From: an uncultured Pseudomonadales bacterium
GTDB lineage: Bacteria > Pseudomonadota > Gammaproteobacteria > Pseudomonadales > JAHEIH01
Reading direction: 5' to 3'
DNA: 64,000 bases
NCBI GenBank assembly: GCA_964598145.1
Contig: CAZRAM010000003.1
Span: 333,025 to 397,024, forward strand
Shown: in pieces, positions 1 to 8,962 of the stretch
Position numbering within the stretch: position 1 is the first letter of the stretch
Layout: the number at the start of each line of letters is the position of its first letter
Program-made: the position numbers and the translations under genes
The notes under the pieces: generated by a model
What the model saw: only the letters and a program-made list of their open reading frames with translations
What the model was told of the DNA's origin: nothing
The model's database searches: none

Positions 1-185
1 CGGAAATGGTGTTGTCGGCCAATACGGTGCGCCATCCTGAGTTTAGCGAGGGTGTGCGCGCGTTAATTATCGACAAGGACAAACAACCCAAGTGGCAGTT
101 TGCCCGCGTCGAAGATGTCAGCGAAGCCTACGTAGCAGCGTTTTTCGAACCGCCGTGGCCGGAAAACCCGCTGCGCGACCTGTAG
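1..185 (+). CDS. Enoyl-CoA hydratase / 3-hydroxyisobutyryl-CoA hydrolase family protein, C-terminal fragment (5-prime end outside window)
   Basis: Frame 3 reads without stops to ...EFSEGVRALIIDKDKQPKWQFARVEDVSEAYVAAFFEPPWPENPLRDL, stop TAG at 183-185. The EGVRAxxIDKDxxPKW block is typical of the crotonase-fold hydrolase C-terminus. Confidence 0.55.
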   Translation, partial: EMVLSANTVRHPEFSEGVRALIIDKDKQPKWQFARVEDVSEAYVAAFFEPPWPENPLRDL

Positions 186-860
186 TTATTTAGCGAAGAT
201 GGTTTTGACACCGTCGTCGGTGCCAAGCAGCAGTACATCCGCCGGGCGCGCAGCAAACAGGCCGTTGGTAACAACGCCAACGATGCTGTTGAGCGCATGT
301 TCGGTCGCGACCGGGTCGGGGATGTCGAAGTTGTACACGTCGAGAATAATGTTGCCGTTGTCGGTCACGACACCTTCGCGGTAAACCGGATCACCACCGA
401 GCTTAACGATTTGTCTGGCCACGTAGCTGCGCGCCATGGGAATCACTTCTACCGGTAGAGGGAAAGCCCCTAAGGTCTCAACCCACTTGCTTTGATCAGC
501 GATGCAGATGAATTCGCGCGAAGCTGCGGTAACAATTTTTTCGCGCGTTAGCGCGGCGCCACCGCCCTTGATCAAGTGTAGGTGGGCATTACTCTCATCT
601 GCCCCATCGATATAGACCTCGCATTCACCCGCTTCATTCAGGTCTATCACCTCAATGCCGTGGCTTTTTAAGCGCGCTGCGGTCGCTTCCGAACTGGCGA
701 CTGCCGCTTTGAAGTCGTCGCGCAGTTCAGCCAATGCGTCGATAAAAAAGTTGGCGGTGGAACCGGTGCCGACACCAACGATGCTATCGCTACTCAGCTT
801 GGGTTTGATATAGGCGAGAGCGGCTTCCGCGACCGCTTTTTTTAAGGCATTTTGATCCAT
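186..860 (-). CDS. rpiA: Ribose-5-phosphate isomerase A
   Basis: 224-aa ORF with RpiA motifs: [36 protein letters not shown]. Confidence 0.9.
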   Translation of the reverse strand: MDQNALKKAVAEAALAYIKPKLSSDSIVGVGTGSTANFFIDALAELRDDFKAAVASSEATAARLKSHGIEVIDLNEAGECEVYIDGADESNAHLHLIKGGGAALTREKIVTAASREFICIADQSKWVETLGAFPLPVEVIPMARSYVARQIVKLGGDPVYREGVVTDNGNIILDVYNFDIPDPVATEHALNSIVGVVTNGLFAARPADVLLLGTDDGVKTIFAK

Positions 861-967
861 GATGGCTGCTCTATTGTTTTATCGTGTCGACAATTATATA
901 GACTCGAGTGAGTTTGTCGAAAGCCTCTGTTAATATGATGTTTTTAAATTCTCCGGCCGTTTTTCCT

Positions 968-2506
968 ATGCCTGAAACATACATCAAAAAGATCCTCGGT
1001 GCGCGCGTCTACGACGTAGCGATTGAAAGTCCTGTCGACCATGCGCGTTTGTTATCCAAGCGCTTGGACAACAACATTTTGTTGAAGCGAGAAGACCTGC
1101 AGGAAGTGTTTTCCTTCAAATTACGCGGCGCCTACAACAAGATGTCTTCGCTCAGCCAAGAAGAGCGCGACCGCGGTGTCGTGGCGGCTTCGGCGGGTAA
1201 CCACGCACAAGGCTTGGCGCTCGCCGCCCAGCGTATGAAGGTCAAGGCCACCATCGTCATGCCCCGTACCACTCCGGCGATTAAGGTCGATGCGGTGCGC
1301 TCGCGCGGCGCCAAGGTGGTGTTGCACGGCGATACCTTTGATGAGGCCTCGAAACTGGCTAAAGAATTGGTCGCTGAAAAAGGCATGGTATACGTCCACC
1401 CCTTTGATGATCCGGAAGTCATTGCCGGACAGGGCACTATCGGAGTAGAGATTTTGCGACAGGTGAGCGGCCCTCTCGACGCCATCTTCCTGCCCGTAGG
1501 TGGCGGTGGGCTAGCGGCAGGTGTGGCCGCCTACGTTAAATATGTTCGCCCCGAGGTGAAAATTTTTGCGGTCGAGTCTGAAGATTCTGCCTGCTTGAAA
1601 GCCGCTATGGATGCGGGCGAGCGCGTGGTGTTGGATCACGTGGGTATTTTCGCCGAGGGCGTGGCCGTGGCCCAGATCGGGGAAGAAACCTTCCGCGTTA
1701 TCCGCGACACCATCGATGGCGTGATTACCTGTAACACCGACGAGATGTGCGCCGCCATCAAAGATATCTTCGACGACACCCGCTCTATTGCTGAGCCATC
1801 GGGTGCCTTGGCCTTGGCGGGCTTGAAAAAATACATCGCAGAAAACGGTGCACATGGCCAAACCTTGTTGGCCATCGCCAGTGGCGCAAACAGCAATTTC
1901 GATCGTCTACGCTACATTTCTGAACGCACCGAAATCGGCGAACAACGCGAAGCGGTACTGAGTGTATGTATCCCTGAAAAGCCCGGTAGCTTTAAAAAAT
2001 TCTGTGCCGCGCTCGGTCGCCGTGCCATTACAGAATTTAACTATCGCATGGGTGATCCCAAGGACGCGCAGATCTTTGTTGGGGTGCAAGTGGTCCCCGG
2101 CGGTGATGATCGCCACCAAATGGTCGAAATGTTGCGAGAAAAAGGCTATTTAGTGACCGACCTCACAGACAACGAGATGGCAAAGTTGCATATTCGCCAC
2201 ATGGTCGGTGGCCCAGCCCCCGCAACGATCCACGACGAGTGCGTGTATCGCTTTGAGTTCCCCGAGCGCCCTGGTGCGCTGTTGAATTTCTTGAGCACGT
2301 TGGGCAACCGTTGGAACATTTCTATGTTCCACTATCGCAACCACGGTGCAGCGTTTGGCAGAGTATTAGTGGGCATGGAAGTCCCCGAGCAGGAACGAGG
2401 TGAGTTAGAAAATTATTTAACGGAATTGAACTATCCGTTCATTAATGAGACTAACAGTATTGCCTACCAACAATTTTTGGCGGCAAGGTCGACGACCTCG
2501 ACGTAA
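968..2506 (+). CDS. ilvA: Biosynthetic threonine dehydratase (threonine ammonia-lyase)
   Basis: The ORF track gives 908..2506 from a GTG. The ATG at 968 gives MPETYIKKILGARVYDV, the usual IlvA N-terminus. PLP-lysine motif FSFKLRGAYN, GGGGL loop, and two C-terminal ACT-like regulatory repeats. Confidence 0.88.
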   Translation: MPETYIKKILGARVYDVAIESPVDHARLLSKRLDNNILLKREDLQEVFSFKLRGAYNKMSSLSQEERDRGVVAASAGNHAQGLALAAQRMKVKATIVMPRTTPAIKVDAVRSRGAKVVLHGDTFDEASKLAKELVAEKGMVYVHPFDDPEVIAGQGTIGVEILRQVSGPLDAIFLPVGGGGLAAGVAAYVKYVRPEVKIFAVESEDSACLKAAMDAGERVVLDHVGIFAEGVAVAQIGEETFRVIRDTIDGVITCNTDEMCAAIKDIFDDTRSIAEPSGALALAGLKKYIAENGAHGQTLLAIASGANSNFDRLRYISERTEIGEQREAVLSVCIPEKPGSFKKFCAALGRRAITEFNYRMGDPKDAQIFVGVQVVPGGDDRHQMVEMLREKGYLVTDLTDNEMAKLHIRHMVGGPAPATIHDECVYRFEFPERPGALLNFLSTLGNRWNISMFHYRNHGAAFGRVLVGMEVPEQERGELENYLTELNYPFINETNSIAYQQFLAARSTTST

Positions 2507-2585
2507 AATGGACTTTGTGAGTGAGTGATCACTCTATGGCGAAAGGACGCATAACGTAGTACCAAGAGAAATAATAGGCTACCCA

Positions 2586-2735
2586 ATGCGTAAGAAGTTA
2601 GACCCAGTATTTGTTATCGTTTCAGTGCTCGCCCTTGGCATTTTTGTCACCGCGGCGACCCGAGCGATGAGCGACGGCGATGAACAGAATGTGACCGTAC
2701 CCGCCTTTCACCAAGGCGTTTACCTCAACAAATGA
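2586..2735 (+). CDS. Possible small membrane/secreted protein (49 aa), unannotated because it is under 60 aa
   Basis: ATG 2586 to TGA 2733-2735 translates MRKKLDPVFVIVSVLALGIFVTAATRAMSDGDEQNVTVPAFHQGVYLNK. It has a basic N-terminus and one hydrophobic helix. The Shine-Dalgarno is weak, and the 3-prime end overlaps the convergent cyclo-ligase gene by 11 nt. Confidence 0.25.
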   Translation: MRKKLDPVFVIVSVLALGIFVTAATRAMSDGDEQNVTVPAFHQGVYLNK

Positions 2736-3273
2736 TGTGTTCTTTGTCTGTCACCACAGCGTGTAGCGGCACATCCCAGTGTTCGCTGCGCAGCTGTTCC
2801 ACCTCCTGCCACGCATAGGCAAACCCCACCCTAAAGGTTTTTTCACTGCACTGCGCTAACGCGCGGTCGTAGTAGCCCGCGCCCATACCCAGTCGATCAC
2901 CTTGTCGGTTGAAGCCCACCAGCGGGATGACAATGGCATCGAGTTCGAATACCGGAATCGTTTCGCTACCGGTGGGTTCCAAAATGCCGTAGCGGTTGAG
3001 GGCCATGTCACCGCTGCCGTTGACGGCGATAAAGCGCATGGCAAAGTTGTCTTCTACCACCGGCAAATAAAATTGCTTGTCCTGCTGTAATAGCGCCAAT
3101 GGATCAATCTCTCCGGCAAACGGACTGTAGATAGCGACATGTTTGGCGTGCTGGAAACGTTCGATGGCTAACAGGGATTGGCAGGCCTGGTCCGAGGCGA
3201 GTGCAATATCTTCAGGACTAAGGCTGCGGCGGCGTTGTTTGAGGGACTGACGAAGTTGGGTCTTATCGATCAT
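2725..3273 (-). CDS. ygfA: 5-formyltetrahydrofolate cyclo-ligase
   Basis: The ORF track gives 2725..3309. The 3309 start lies inside the 6S RNA 3-prime stem, so the ATG at 3273 (MIDKTQLRQSLKQRRRSL) is preferred. Motifs GILEP and GMGAGYYDR. Conserved zapA-ssrS-ygfA order. Confidence 0.8.
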   Translation of the reverse strand: MIDKTQLRQSLKQRRRSLSPEDIALASDQACQSLLAIERFQHAKHVAIYSPFAGEIDPLALLQQDKQFYLPVVEDNFAMRFIAVNGSGDMALNRYGILEPTGSETIPVFELDAIVIPLVGFNRQGDRLGMGAGYYDRALAQCSEKTFRVGFAYAWQEVEQLRSEHWDVPLHAVVTDKEHIIC

Positions 3274-3287
3274 AAGAGGCTCATAAA

Positions 3288-3460
3288 AGGCCCGAGATAC
3301 CGCTGCCAAGTTGGCCTTGAACCCACAGGTTCAAGATGGTGGACCCTAGTAAACTTTAGGCTTTCCGTCTTGCGGACATGCTCACCGTCTATCGTAAGAT
3401 CCCCCGGTACTACGCTTATCGGCTCAGGGACATTATCGGCTAGCGAATATCTCAGGTTGT
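3288..3460 (-). ncRNA. ssrS: 6S RNA (RNA polymerase sigma70-holoenzyme regulator)
   Basis: The minus strand reads ACAACCUGAGAUAUUCGC..UCCCUGAGCCGAUAA..GGUGAGCAUG..GAAAGCCUAAAG..CUUGAACCUGUGGGUUCAAGG..GCGGUAUCUCGGG. These blocks match E. coli SsrS as I recall it: CUGAGAU, CCCUGAGCCGAUA, GGUGAGCAUG, GAAGCCUUAAA, CUUGAACC..GGGUUCAAGG, CAUCUCGG. The 5-prime CCUGAGAUA pairs with the 3-prime UAUCUCGGG. Position between zapA and ygfA is the conserved synteny. Ends are accurate to about 5 nt. Confidence 0.8.
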
Positions 3461-3465
3461 GGTGG

Positions 3466-3474
3466 ATTATACCA
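3466..3474 (-). promoter_or_regulatory. Extended -10 promoter (TGGTATAAT) for ssrS
   Basis: The minus strand reads TGGTATAAT at 3474..3466, 6-7 nt upstream of the proposed 6S 5-prime A at 3460. No good -35 is present, which fits the TGn extended -10 class. Confidence 0.55.
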
Positions 3475-3500
3475 AAGCCTGTGGCATCGCGCAGGATGAA

Positions 3501-3803
3501 TTAGATTTCAATTTGACGAAGGCGATACATCGCTTCGTCCAGTTTTTTGTTAAGGCTATCGACATCGCGTTGCGTAACGGCATTGCTCGGTGCGACGGGC
3601 GTGTTGCCGTGCAGCAATTCGTACGTGGTATTGAGTGCCGACATCACCGCAATGCGCTCTAGACCAATGATCTTACCGCCCTGTTTGATCTTGCGCATTT
3701 GCTGGTCGAGTTGCCAGGCGGATTCGCGCAGGGCATCTTTCTGCTCGGCGGGGCAGGCGACTTGGTATTCCTTGTCGAGGATATGGACGATAACGGTTTC
3801 CAT
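3501..3803 (-). CDS. zapA: Cell division protein ZapA
   Basis: 100-aa ORF. The pattern ILDKEYQVACPAEQKDALRESAWQLDQQM...AVMSALNTTYEL parallels E. coli ZapA. It lies next to ssrS. Confidence 0.85.
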   Translation of the reverse strand: METVIVHILDKEYQVACPAEQKDALRESAWQLDQQMRKIKQGGKIIGLERIAVMSALNTTYELLHGNTPVAPSNAVTQRDVDSLNKKLDEAMYRLRQIEI

Positions 3804-4012
3804 TAGCTCTCCTGCTCCAGCGCTTTAAGGCGGCCGATCATGTGCGCCACACGCTGCTTGGCTAATTCGGTTTTATCGATCAATTCTTTGCGCTCGCGCA
3901 CCCACGCGTGTTCCTTAGCCTTGAGTTCACGGTTTTCGCGCTGCAGCTCTTCGCAAAGGGCGATTAAGTCATCGACCTTTTGTTCGATAATTTTGAACTG
4001 TGTTTTATCCAT
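3803..4012 (-). CDS. Small coiled-coil protein (ZapB-like / TIGR02449-type), upstream partner of zapA
   Basis: The ORF track gives 3803..4075. The ATG at 4012 gives MDKTQFKIIEQKVDDLIALCEELQRENRELKAKEHAWVRERKELIDKTELAKQRVAHMIGRLKALEQES, a continuous heptad coiled coil. Its stop overlaps the zapA start (TAATG). Confidence 0.65.
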   Translation of the reverse strand: MDKTQFKIIEQKVDDLIALCEELQRENRELKAKEHAWVRERKELIDKTELAKQRVAHMIGRLKALEQES

Positions 4013-4147
4013 AAAAAACGCGGGGCTGTGTTTGCATTGAGGGTTACTATAGTGGTGCACCCCCATGGTGGTCAATCGACGCGCGATATTTGCTCTTATA
4101 AAGCGCTCTGCACAGTGGTAGCATGGCCTTTTTTTCAGGAATTCCCT

Positions 4148-4714
4148 ATGTCTGACCAGCCACTTACCTTTGACGACGTCGCCGATCTCGCGGTTGAACT
4201 CGGCGCCAGTGTTTCACCCTCAGAATTACATGGCTTGTTAGTAGGTCAGCTCGCCACCGGGAAGCGCTTTAGCGAAAGCCAGTGGGTCAATGAAGCGGCG
4301 CGACTGTTAGATGTTGAGCCGCCAGAAGACAAGGTCCAGCAACGAGAGATTTACCAGCTGTACCAGCAAACATTGGCGCAGCTTGAACACGAAGCCATGG
4401 ACTTTGCTTTGCTACTCCCTGAAGAGGATGTGGATTTTAATCAGATTTTAGCCAGTGTTAGCGTGTGGTGTGCCGGTTTCCTAGCGGGTTACGCCATCGC
4501 TGGTGGCAGCCCTGGCGATGAAGATACCCAGGATGTGCTAGAAGATTTCGCTGCAATTTCTCAGGTGGGCGATGAGGAAGAGATTGACGAAGACGCGCAG
4601 CAGGCTCTGTTTGAAGTGGCGGAATATATTCGCGTCGCCGCGTTGTCATTATTTTTGGGTGCGGGCAGCAATGGTGGTGCCGGTGCCGCACCGTCCTCGC
4701 AATCCATTCACTAG
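4148..4714 (+). CDS. ygfB: UPF0149 family protein YgfB
   Basis: The ORF track gives 3980..4714, but its first 56 codons overlap the divergent coiled-coil gene. The ATG at 4148 gives MSDQPLTFDDVADLAVELGASVSPSELHGLLVG, with WCAGFLAGY later. It precedes pepP as in E. coli and Pseudomonas. Confidence 0.75.
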   Translation: MSDQPLTFDDVADLAVELGASVSPSELHGLLVGQLATGKRFSESQWVNEAARLLDVEPPEDKVQQREIYQLYQQTLAQLEHEAMDFALLLPEEDVDFNQILASVSVWCAGFLAGYAIAGGSPGDEDTQDVLEDFAAISQVGDEEEIDEDAQQALFEVAEYIRVAALSLFLGAGSNGGAGAAPSSQSIH

Positions 4715-4723
4715 ATCGAGGCG

Positions 4724-6055
4724 GTGGTGAGTACGACGATATCTGCAGCGGAATATGCGCGCCGGCGCCGCGAGTTGATGCGCCAGCTCGCGCCCAACAG
4801 CATCGCCATCGTCGCCGCCGCTCACGAGACTATTCGCAACCGCGATACCCATTACCCGTTTCGCCAAGATAGCGACTTTTTCTACCTGAGTGGCTTTGCC
4901 GAACCCGACGCCGTCTTGGTGATGCTGCCGGGGCGGGAGCAGGGCGAAGTTATCTTTTTCTGCCGCGATCGCGACCCCAGCAAAGAGATGTGGGACGGTA
5001 AGCGCGTTGGTCCTGAGGGATTAACGCGCCACTATGGCGCCGACGACGCCTTTCCCATTGACGATATCGACGACATCCTGCCGGGCTTAATGGAGGGCCG
5101 CGACCGCGTTTATTACTCCTTGGGCCGCAACCCCGATTTCGATAGTCGCCTAATGAGTTGGTTGAACAGTATTCGCGGCAAGGCGCGCGCCGGTGCTCAG
5201 CCGCCCGAAGAGTTTGTCGACCTCGACCACCTGTTGCACGATATGCGTTTGTACAAGAGCGACGCCGAACTTGCCATCATGCAACGCGCTGGTGACATCT
5301 CGGCAGAGGCCCATTGCCGCGCGATGCAGGTCTGCCGTCCAGGAATGATGGAATACCAGTTAGACGCTGAAATTCAGCACACCTTTGCCATGGCGGGTGC
5401 GCGCCATCCGGCCTACCCAAGCATTGTCGGCGGTGGTGCCAATGGCTGCATTTTGCATTACATCGACAATAGCGAGCCCCTGCGCGATGGTGATTTGGTG
5501 TTGATCGACGCCGGCTGCGAGCTGGGCAACTACGCCTCGGATATTACCCGCACCTTCCCGGTAAATGGCCGCTTTAGCAAAGAGCAGGCCGCACTCTACC
5601 AAGTGGTGCTGGATGCCCAGCAGGCGGCTTGCAACGAAATTGCACCAGGCAAGGATTGGAATGCCTCCCACCTGGCGGCGGTGCGCGTTTTGTGCCAAGG
5701 CCTGCTGGAACACGGCTTGTTGCGCGGTGATCTGGACGAACTGCTAGAACAGGGTGCCTACAGCGAATTTTATATGCACCGCACGGGCCATTGGTTGGGT
5801 TTGGACGTGCACGACGTGGGCGATTACCGCGTCGGAGGTGAATGGCGTGAACTCGAGCCGGGCATGGTCATGACGGTGGAGCCAGGCCTGTACGTAGCCC
5901 CCGACAATCTCAATGTCGAAGCCAAGTGGCGCGGTATTGGCATCCGTATTGAAGACGACGTCGTAGTCACTGAGACTGGCTACCGGGTGTTGACGAGCGG
6001 GGTGCCCAAAACGATTCAAGAGATCGAGGCGTTGATGGCGGAGGCGCGCACATAA
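4724..6055 (+). CDS. pepP: Xaa-Pro aminopeptidase (aminopeptidase P)
   Basis: 443 aa with an N-terminal AMP_N-type region and M24 metal ligands (DAGCELGNYASDITRTF, HRTGHWLGLDVHD, TVEPGLY, IRIEDD). Confidence 0.9.
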   Translation: MVSTTISAAEYARRRRELMRQLAPNSIAIVAAAHETIRNRDTHYPFRQDSDFFYLSGFAEPDAVLVMLPGREQGEVIFFCRDRDPSKEMWDGKRVGPEGLTRHYGADDAFPIDDIDDILPGLMEGRDRVYYSLGRNPDFDSRLMSWLNSIRGKARAGAQPPEEFVDLDHLLHDMRLYKSDAELAIMQRAGDISAEAHCRAMQVCRPGMMEYQLDAEIQHTFAMAGARHPAYPSIVGGGANGCILHYIDNSEPLRDGDLVLIDAGCELGNYASDITRTFPVNGRFSKEQAALYQVVLDAQQAACNEIAPGKDWNASHLAAVRVLCQGLLEHGLLRGDLDELLEQGAYSEFYMHRTGHWLGLDVHDVGDYRVGGEWRELEPGMVMTVEPGLYVAPDNLNVEAKWRGIGIRIEDDVVVTETGYRVLTSGVPKTIQEIEALMAEART

Positions 6056-7239
6056 TGGCCAAAGTGGATGTCGTAATTGTTGGCGCTGGTATTGTTGGCA
6101 TGGCCGCCGCGCTCGGCTTAGCTAATGCTGGTCGTTCGGTGGCGTTGATTGATCGACAGCCGCTCGCGGTGGCGACGCCCTCGGGTAGCGGTGTGGACGA
6201 CTATGATCTCAGAGTTAGCGCGCTAACGCGTCGCAGCCAGCACATTTTGCAAAGCCTCGGGGTATGGGAAAGCATTGCCCAGCAGCGCTGCTGCCCCTAC
6301 CGGCACATGGAGGTATGGGACGACGAAGGTACCGGCCGCATTCGCTTTAACGCCGTCGATATCGACCAACAAAACATTGGCCACATCGTAGAAAACCGGC
6401 TGGTGGCTGCAGCACTTGCCGATGCCGTGCGTGCCAGTCGCGTGCAGGTTTACGCACCCCATGAAATCCAGTCAATAAACAATCGCGCCGACGCGGTGGC
6501 GGTAACACTGGCCGGTGAAACAATCGAGGCTGAGTTGTTGTTAGGGGCCGATGGCGCTCTGTCAAAGGTACGCGAAAGCCTGGGCTATTTTACCCGCGAG
6601 TGGGACTACGGACACACCGGCATTGTCGCCACCCTGCGTATGCAAAACCCCCACCAAGAGACCGCTTGGCAGAATTTCCTGACCAGTGGGCCACTGGCCT
6701 TGTTGCCCTTGGATGACCCGCATATGGTGTCGATTGTTTGGTCCTGCGAAGACGCTATGGCAGAGCGACTGCTAGGCATGGATGAACAGGCCTTTGCCGA
6801 GCAGTTGTACCGTGCCAGTCAAGGCACCCTAGGGCAGGTCGAGGCGTGTAGTCAGCGGGTTGGTTTTCCCCTGCGGCAGCGCCACGCGGTCGACTACGTC
6901 AAAGGCCGCGTGGTATTGATCGGTGATGCCGCCCACACCATTCACCCCTTGGCGGGGCAGGGCATGAACCTAGGCTTGGCCGATGTCGATGTATTGCTGC
7001 AAGAACTGCAGCGCAGCGTGGCACGCAAGCTCGGGGTTGCCCATCCACAGGGTCTGCGCCGTTACCAGCGCCGCCGCAAGGCGGATAACCTGGCGATGAT
7101 GTGGACCATGGAAGGCTTCAAGCGGCTGTTTGCGCGGCGTGAATTGGCGTTGCGTTGGTTGCGCAACGAAGGGATGAGCCAGTTAGATCGATTGGGCAGT
7201 CTAAAAGATAAGATCGTCCATCACGCCTTGGGCGCGTAA
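6055..7239 (+). CDS. ubiH: FAD-dependent ubiquinone biosynthesis hydroxylase (UbiH/UbiI family)
   Basis: 394 aa with VVIVGAGIVG dinucleotide fold, GADGALSKVR, and GDAAHTIHPLAGQGMNLG. It follows pepP as in E. coli (pepP-ubiH). Confidence 0.8.
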   Translation: MAKVDVVIVGAGIVGMAAALGLANAGRSVALIDRQPLAVATPSGSGVDDYDLRVSALTRRSQHILQSLGVWESIAQQRCCPYRHMEVWDDEGTGRIRFNAVDIDQQNIGHIVENRLVAAALADAVRASRVQVYAPHEIQSINNRADAVAVTLAGETIEAELLLGADGALSKVRESLGYFTREWDYGHTGIVATLRMQNPHQETAWQNFLTSGPLALLPLDDPHMVSIVWSCEDAMAERLLGMDEQAFAEQLYRASQGTLGQVEACSQRVGFPLRQRHAVDYVKGRVVLIGDAAHTIHPLAGQGMNLGLADVDVLLQELQRSVARKLGVAHPQGLRRYQRRRKADNLAMMWTMEGFKRLFARRELALRWLRNEGMSQLDRLGSLKDKIVHHALGA

Positions 7240-8381
7240 TCTAAAAATTCTTCCAGTACATCATTCAGGAACAGCGCCCCTCGCTCGCTGGTCGACAGCA
7301 CCTCGTCGCTATCCAACATCAGTCCGCGTTGTCGCAAATCGTGCCACAACGGCGCAATAACCGGCAGTGATAATCCCGTGCGCTCGGCAAACAATGTGGA
7401 CGCGACCCCCCCTTTTAAACGCAGCGCATTGAGCATGAATTCAAACGCCATATCTTTGTGCTCGATCGGAGCATATTTGCGGATGTTCAATGCATCTCGC
7501 GACAAATAATGCTCAGGTGCGCGGGTTTTTTGGCTGCGGATGACGCGGTTTTCATGCGGCAGGGTAATTTTGCCGTGGGCGCCCGCGCCGATGCCGAGGT
7601 AGTCGCCAAACTGCCAGTAGTTGATGTTATGGCGGCTGCGGTGTTGCGGGCGGCAGTAAGCCGAGACTTCATACTGTTGGAGACCGTTGGCCTTAATGAG
7701 CGCCAAGCCTTCATCACCGATATCACACAGGGTGTCCTCGTCGGGCAGTGGTGGTGGCGTGGAGAAAAAGGCGGTGTTTTTCTCGATGGTGAGTTGATAC
7801 CACGACAGGTGAGGGGCGCCCAGCGCCAGCGCGGTGGAGATGTCGTGCAGGGCGTCTGCCACGGTCTGCTGGGGAAGACCGTGCATTAGATCGACATTGA
7901 AGTTATCGAAGCCCGCCTGGCGCGCGATTCCAATGGCGCGCTCGGCTTCACCGGCATTGTGGATCCGGCCCAGAGTTTGTAAGTGTTGGTCGCGAAAGCT
8001 TTGCACCCCGATCGACAGGCGGTTGACCCCCGCGGCACGAAATCCGCTGAACTTGTCCTGTTCAAAGGTACCGGGGTTCGCCTCTAGGGTAATTTCGCAG
8101 TCCGCTGCCAGTGGTATGGTGTCGGCAACACCGCGAAGAATACGGCCTATGCCGTCGGCGGAGAACAAACTCGGCGTACCGCCGCCAAAAAAGATACTTT
8201 GAATATCGCGCCCCTGTGCCCATTCGGCGTCGTTGCGCAGGTCTTGCAACAGGCGTTCTACGTAATCTGCTTCGGGCAGATCGCCGCGTTGGGCGTGCGA
8301 GTTAAAGTCGCAGTAGGGGCACTTGCGCACGCACCAAGGGATGTGGATATAAAGTGATAGCGGCGGTAGCTGCAGCATCAA
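7221..8381 (-). CDS. hemW: Radical SAM heme chaperone HemW (oxygen-independent coproporphyrinogen oxidase-like)
   Basis: 386 aa with the CxxxCxxC cluster motif PWCVRKCPYCDFNS and FFGGGTPS. It lies downstream of rdgB, the conserved pairing. Confidence 0.85.
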   Translation of the reverse strand: MMLQLPPLSLYIHIPWCVRKCPYCDFNSHAQRGDLPEADYVERLLQDLRNDAEWAQGRDIQSIFFGGGTPSLFSADGIGRILRGVADTIPLAADCEITLEANPGTFEQDKFSGFRAAGVNRLSIGVQSFRDQHLQTLGRIHNAGEAERAIGIARQAGFDNFNVDLMHGLPQQTVADALHDISTALALGAPHLSWYQLTIEKNTAFFSTPPPLPDEDTLCDIGDEGLALIKANGLQQYEVSAYCRPQHRSRHNINYWQFGDYLGIGAGAHGKITLPHENRVIRSQKTRAPEHYLSRDALNIRKYAPIEHKDMAFEFMLNALRLKGGVASTLFAERTGLSLPVIAPLWHDLRQRGLMLDSDEVLSTSERGALFLNDVLEEFLDYAPKA

Positions 8382-8959
8382 GACAGGGCTTGTAGCAGCT
8401 GCTGCATGGCGCGGCCGCGGTGGCTGAGGCTATTTTTAACCGCCGGGTCGAGTTCGGCCGCGGTGCACTGTTGATCGTTCAACCAAAACAGCGGGTCGTA
8501 ACCAAAGCCGCCGTCGCCACGGGGGGCATCCAAAATGGTGCCTTCCCACGAGGCATGGCAAATTAACGGCACGGGATCTCTGGCGTGGCGCATAAATACC
8601 AACACACAGTGGTAGCGCGCGCTGCGTAGGTCGACGCCGTCCAGGCGGCGCAGCAATTCGGCATTATTGATGGCATCGTTGGCACCTGGGCCGGCAAAGC
8701 GCGCCGAGTAGATGCCGGGCTCACCATTGAGGGCGTCAACCTCGATGCCCGAGTCGTCTGCCAACGAGGGCAGGCCGGTGTGCTCGCAGCAGTTGCGCGC
8801 CTTGAGGATGGCGTTTTCAACAAACGACAAGCCGGTCTCTTCAATATCGGGCACGCCGTGGGCGCCTTGCGCTTCCACATCCCAGCCCAGAGGGGCGAGC
8901 ATTTGCGCGAATTCGCGCAGTTTTCCTTTGTTGCCAGAGGCGAGAACGAGTTTAGCCAT
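8378..8959 (-). CDS. rdgB: dITP/XTP pyrophosphatase (non-canonical purine NTP pyrophosphatase)
   Basis: 193 aa with LASGNKGKLREF, DDSGIEVDALNGEPGIYSARF, and FGYDPLF. Confidence 0.9.
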   Translation of the reverse strand: MAKLVLASGNKGKLREFAQMLAPLGWDVEAQGAHGVPDIEETGLSFVENAILKARNCCEHTGLPSLADDSGIEVDALNGEPGIYSARFAGPGANDAINNAELLRRLDGVDLRSARYHCVLVFMRHARDPVPLICHASWEGTILDAPRGDGGFGYDPLFWLNDQQCTAAELDPAVKNSLSHRGRAMQQLLQALS

Positions 8960-8962
8960 GGG

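Noticed and set aside
908-967. N-terminal 20-codon extension of ilvA from GTG 908.
   Set aside because: The extension (MSLSKASVNMMFLNSPAVFP) has no counterpart in IlvA proteins as I recall them. ATG 968 restores the canonical N-terminus.
3980-4147. N-terminal 56-codon extension of the ygfB ORF.
   Set aside because: It overlaps the divergent coiled-coil gene and has an odd composition. The ATG at 4148 gives the conserved YgfB N-terminus.
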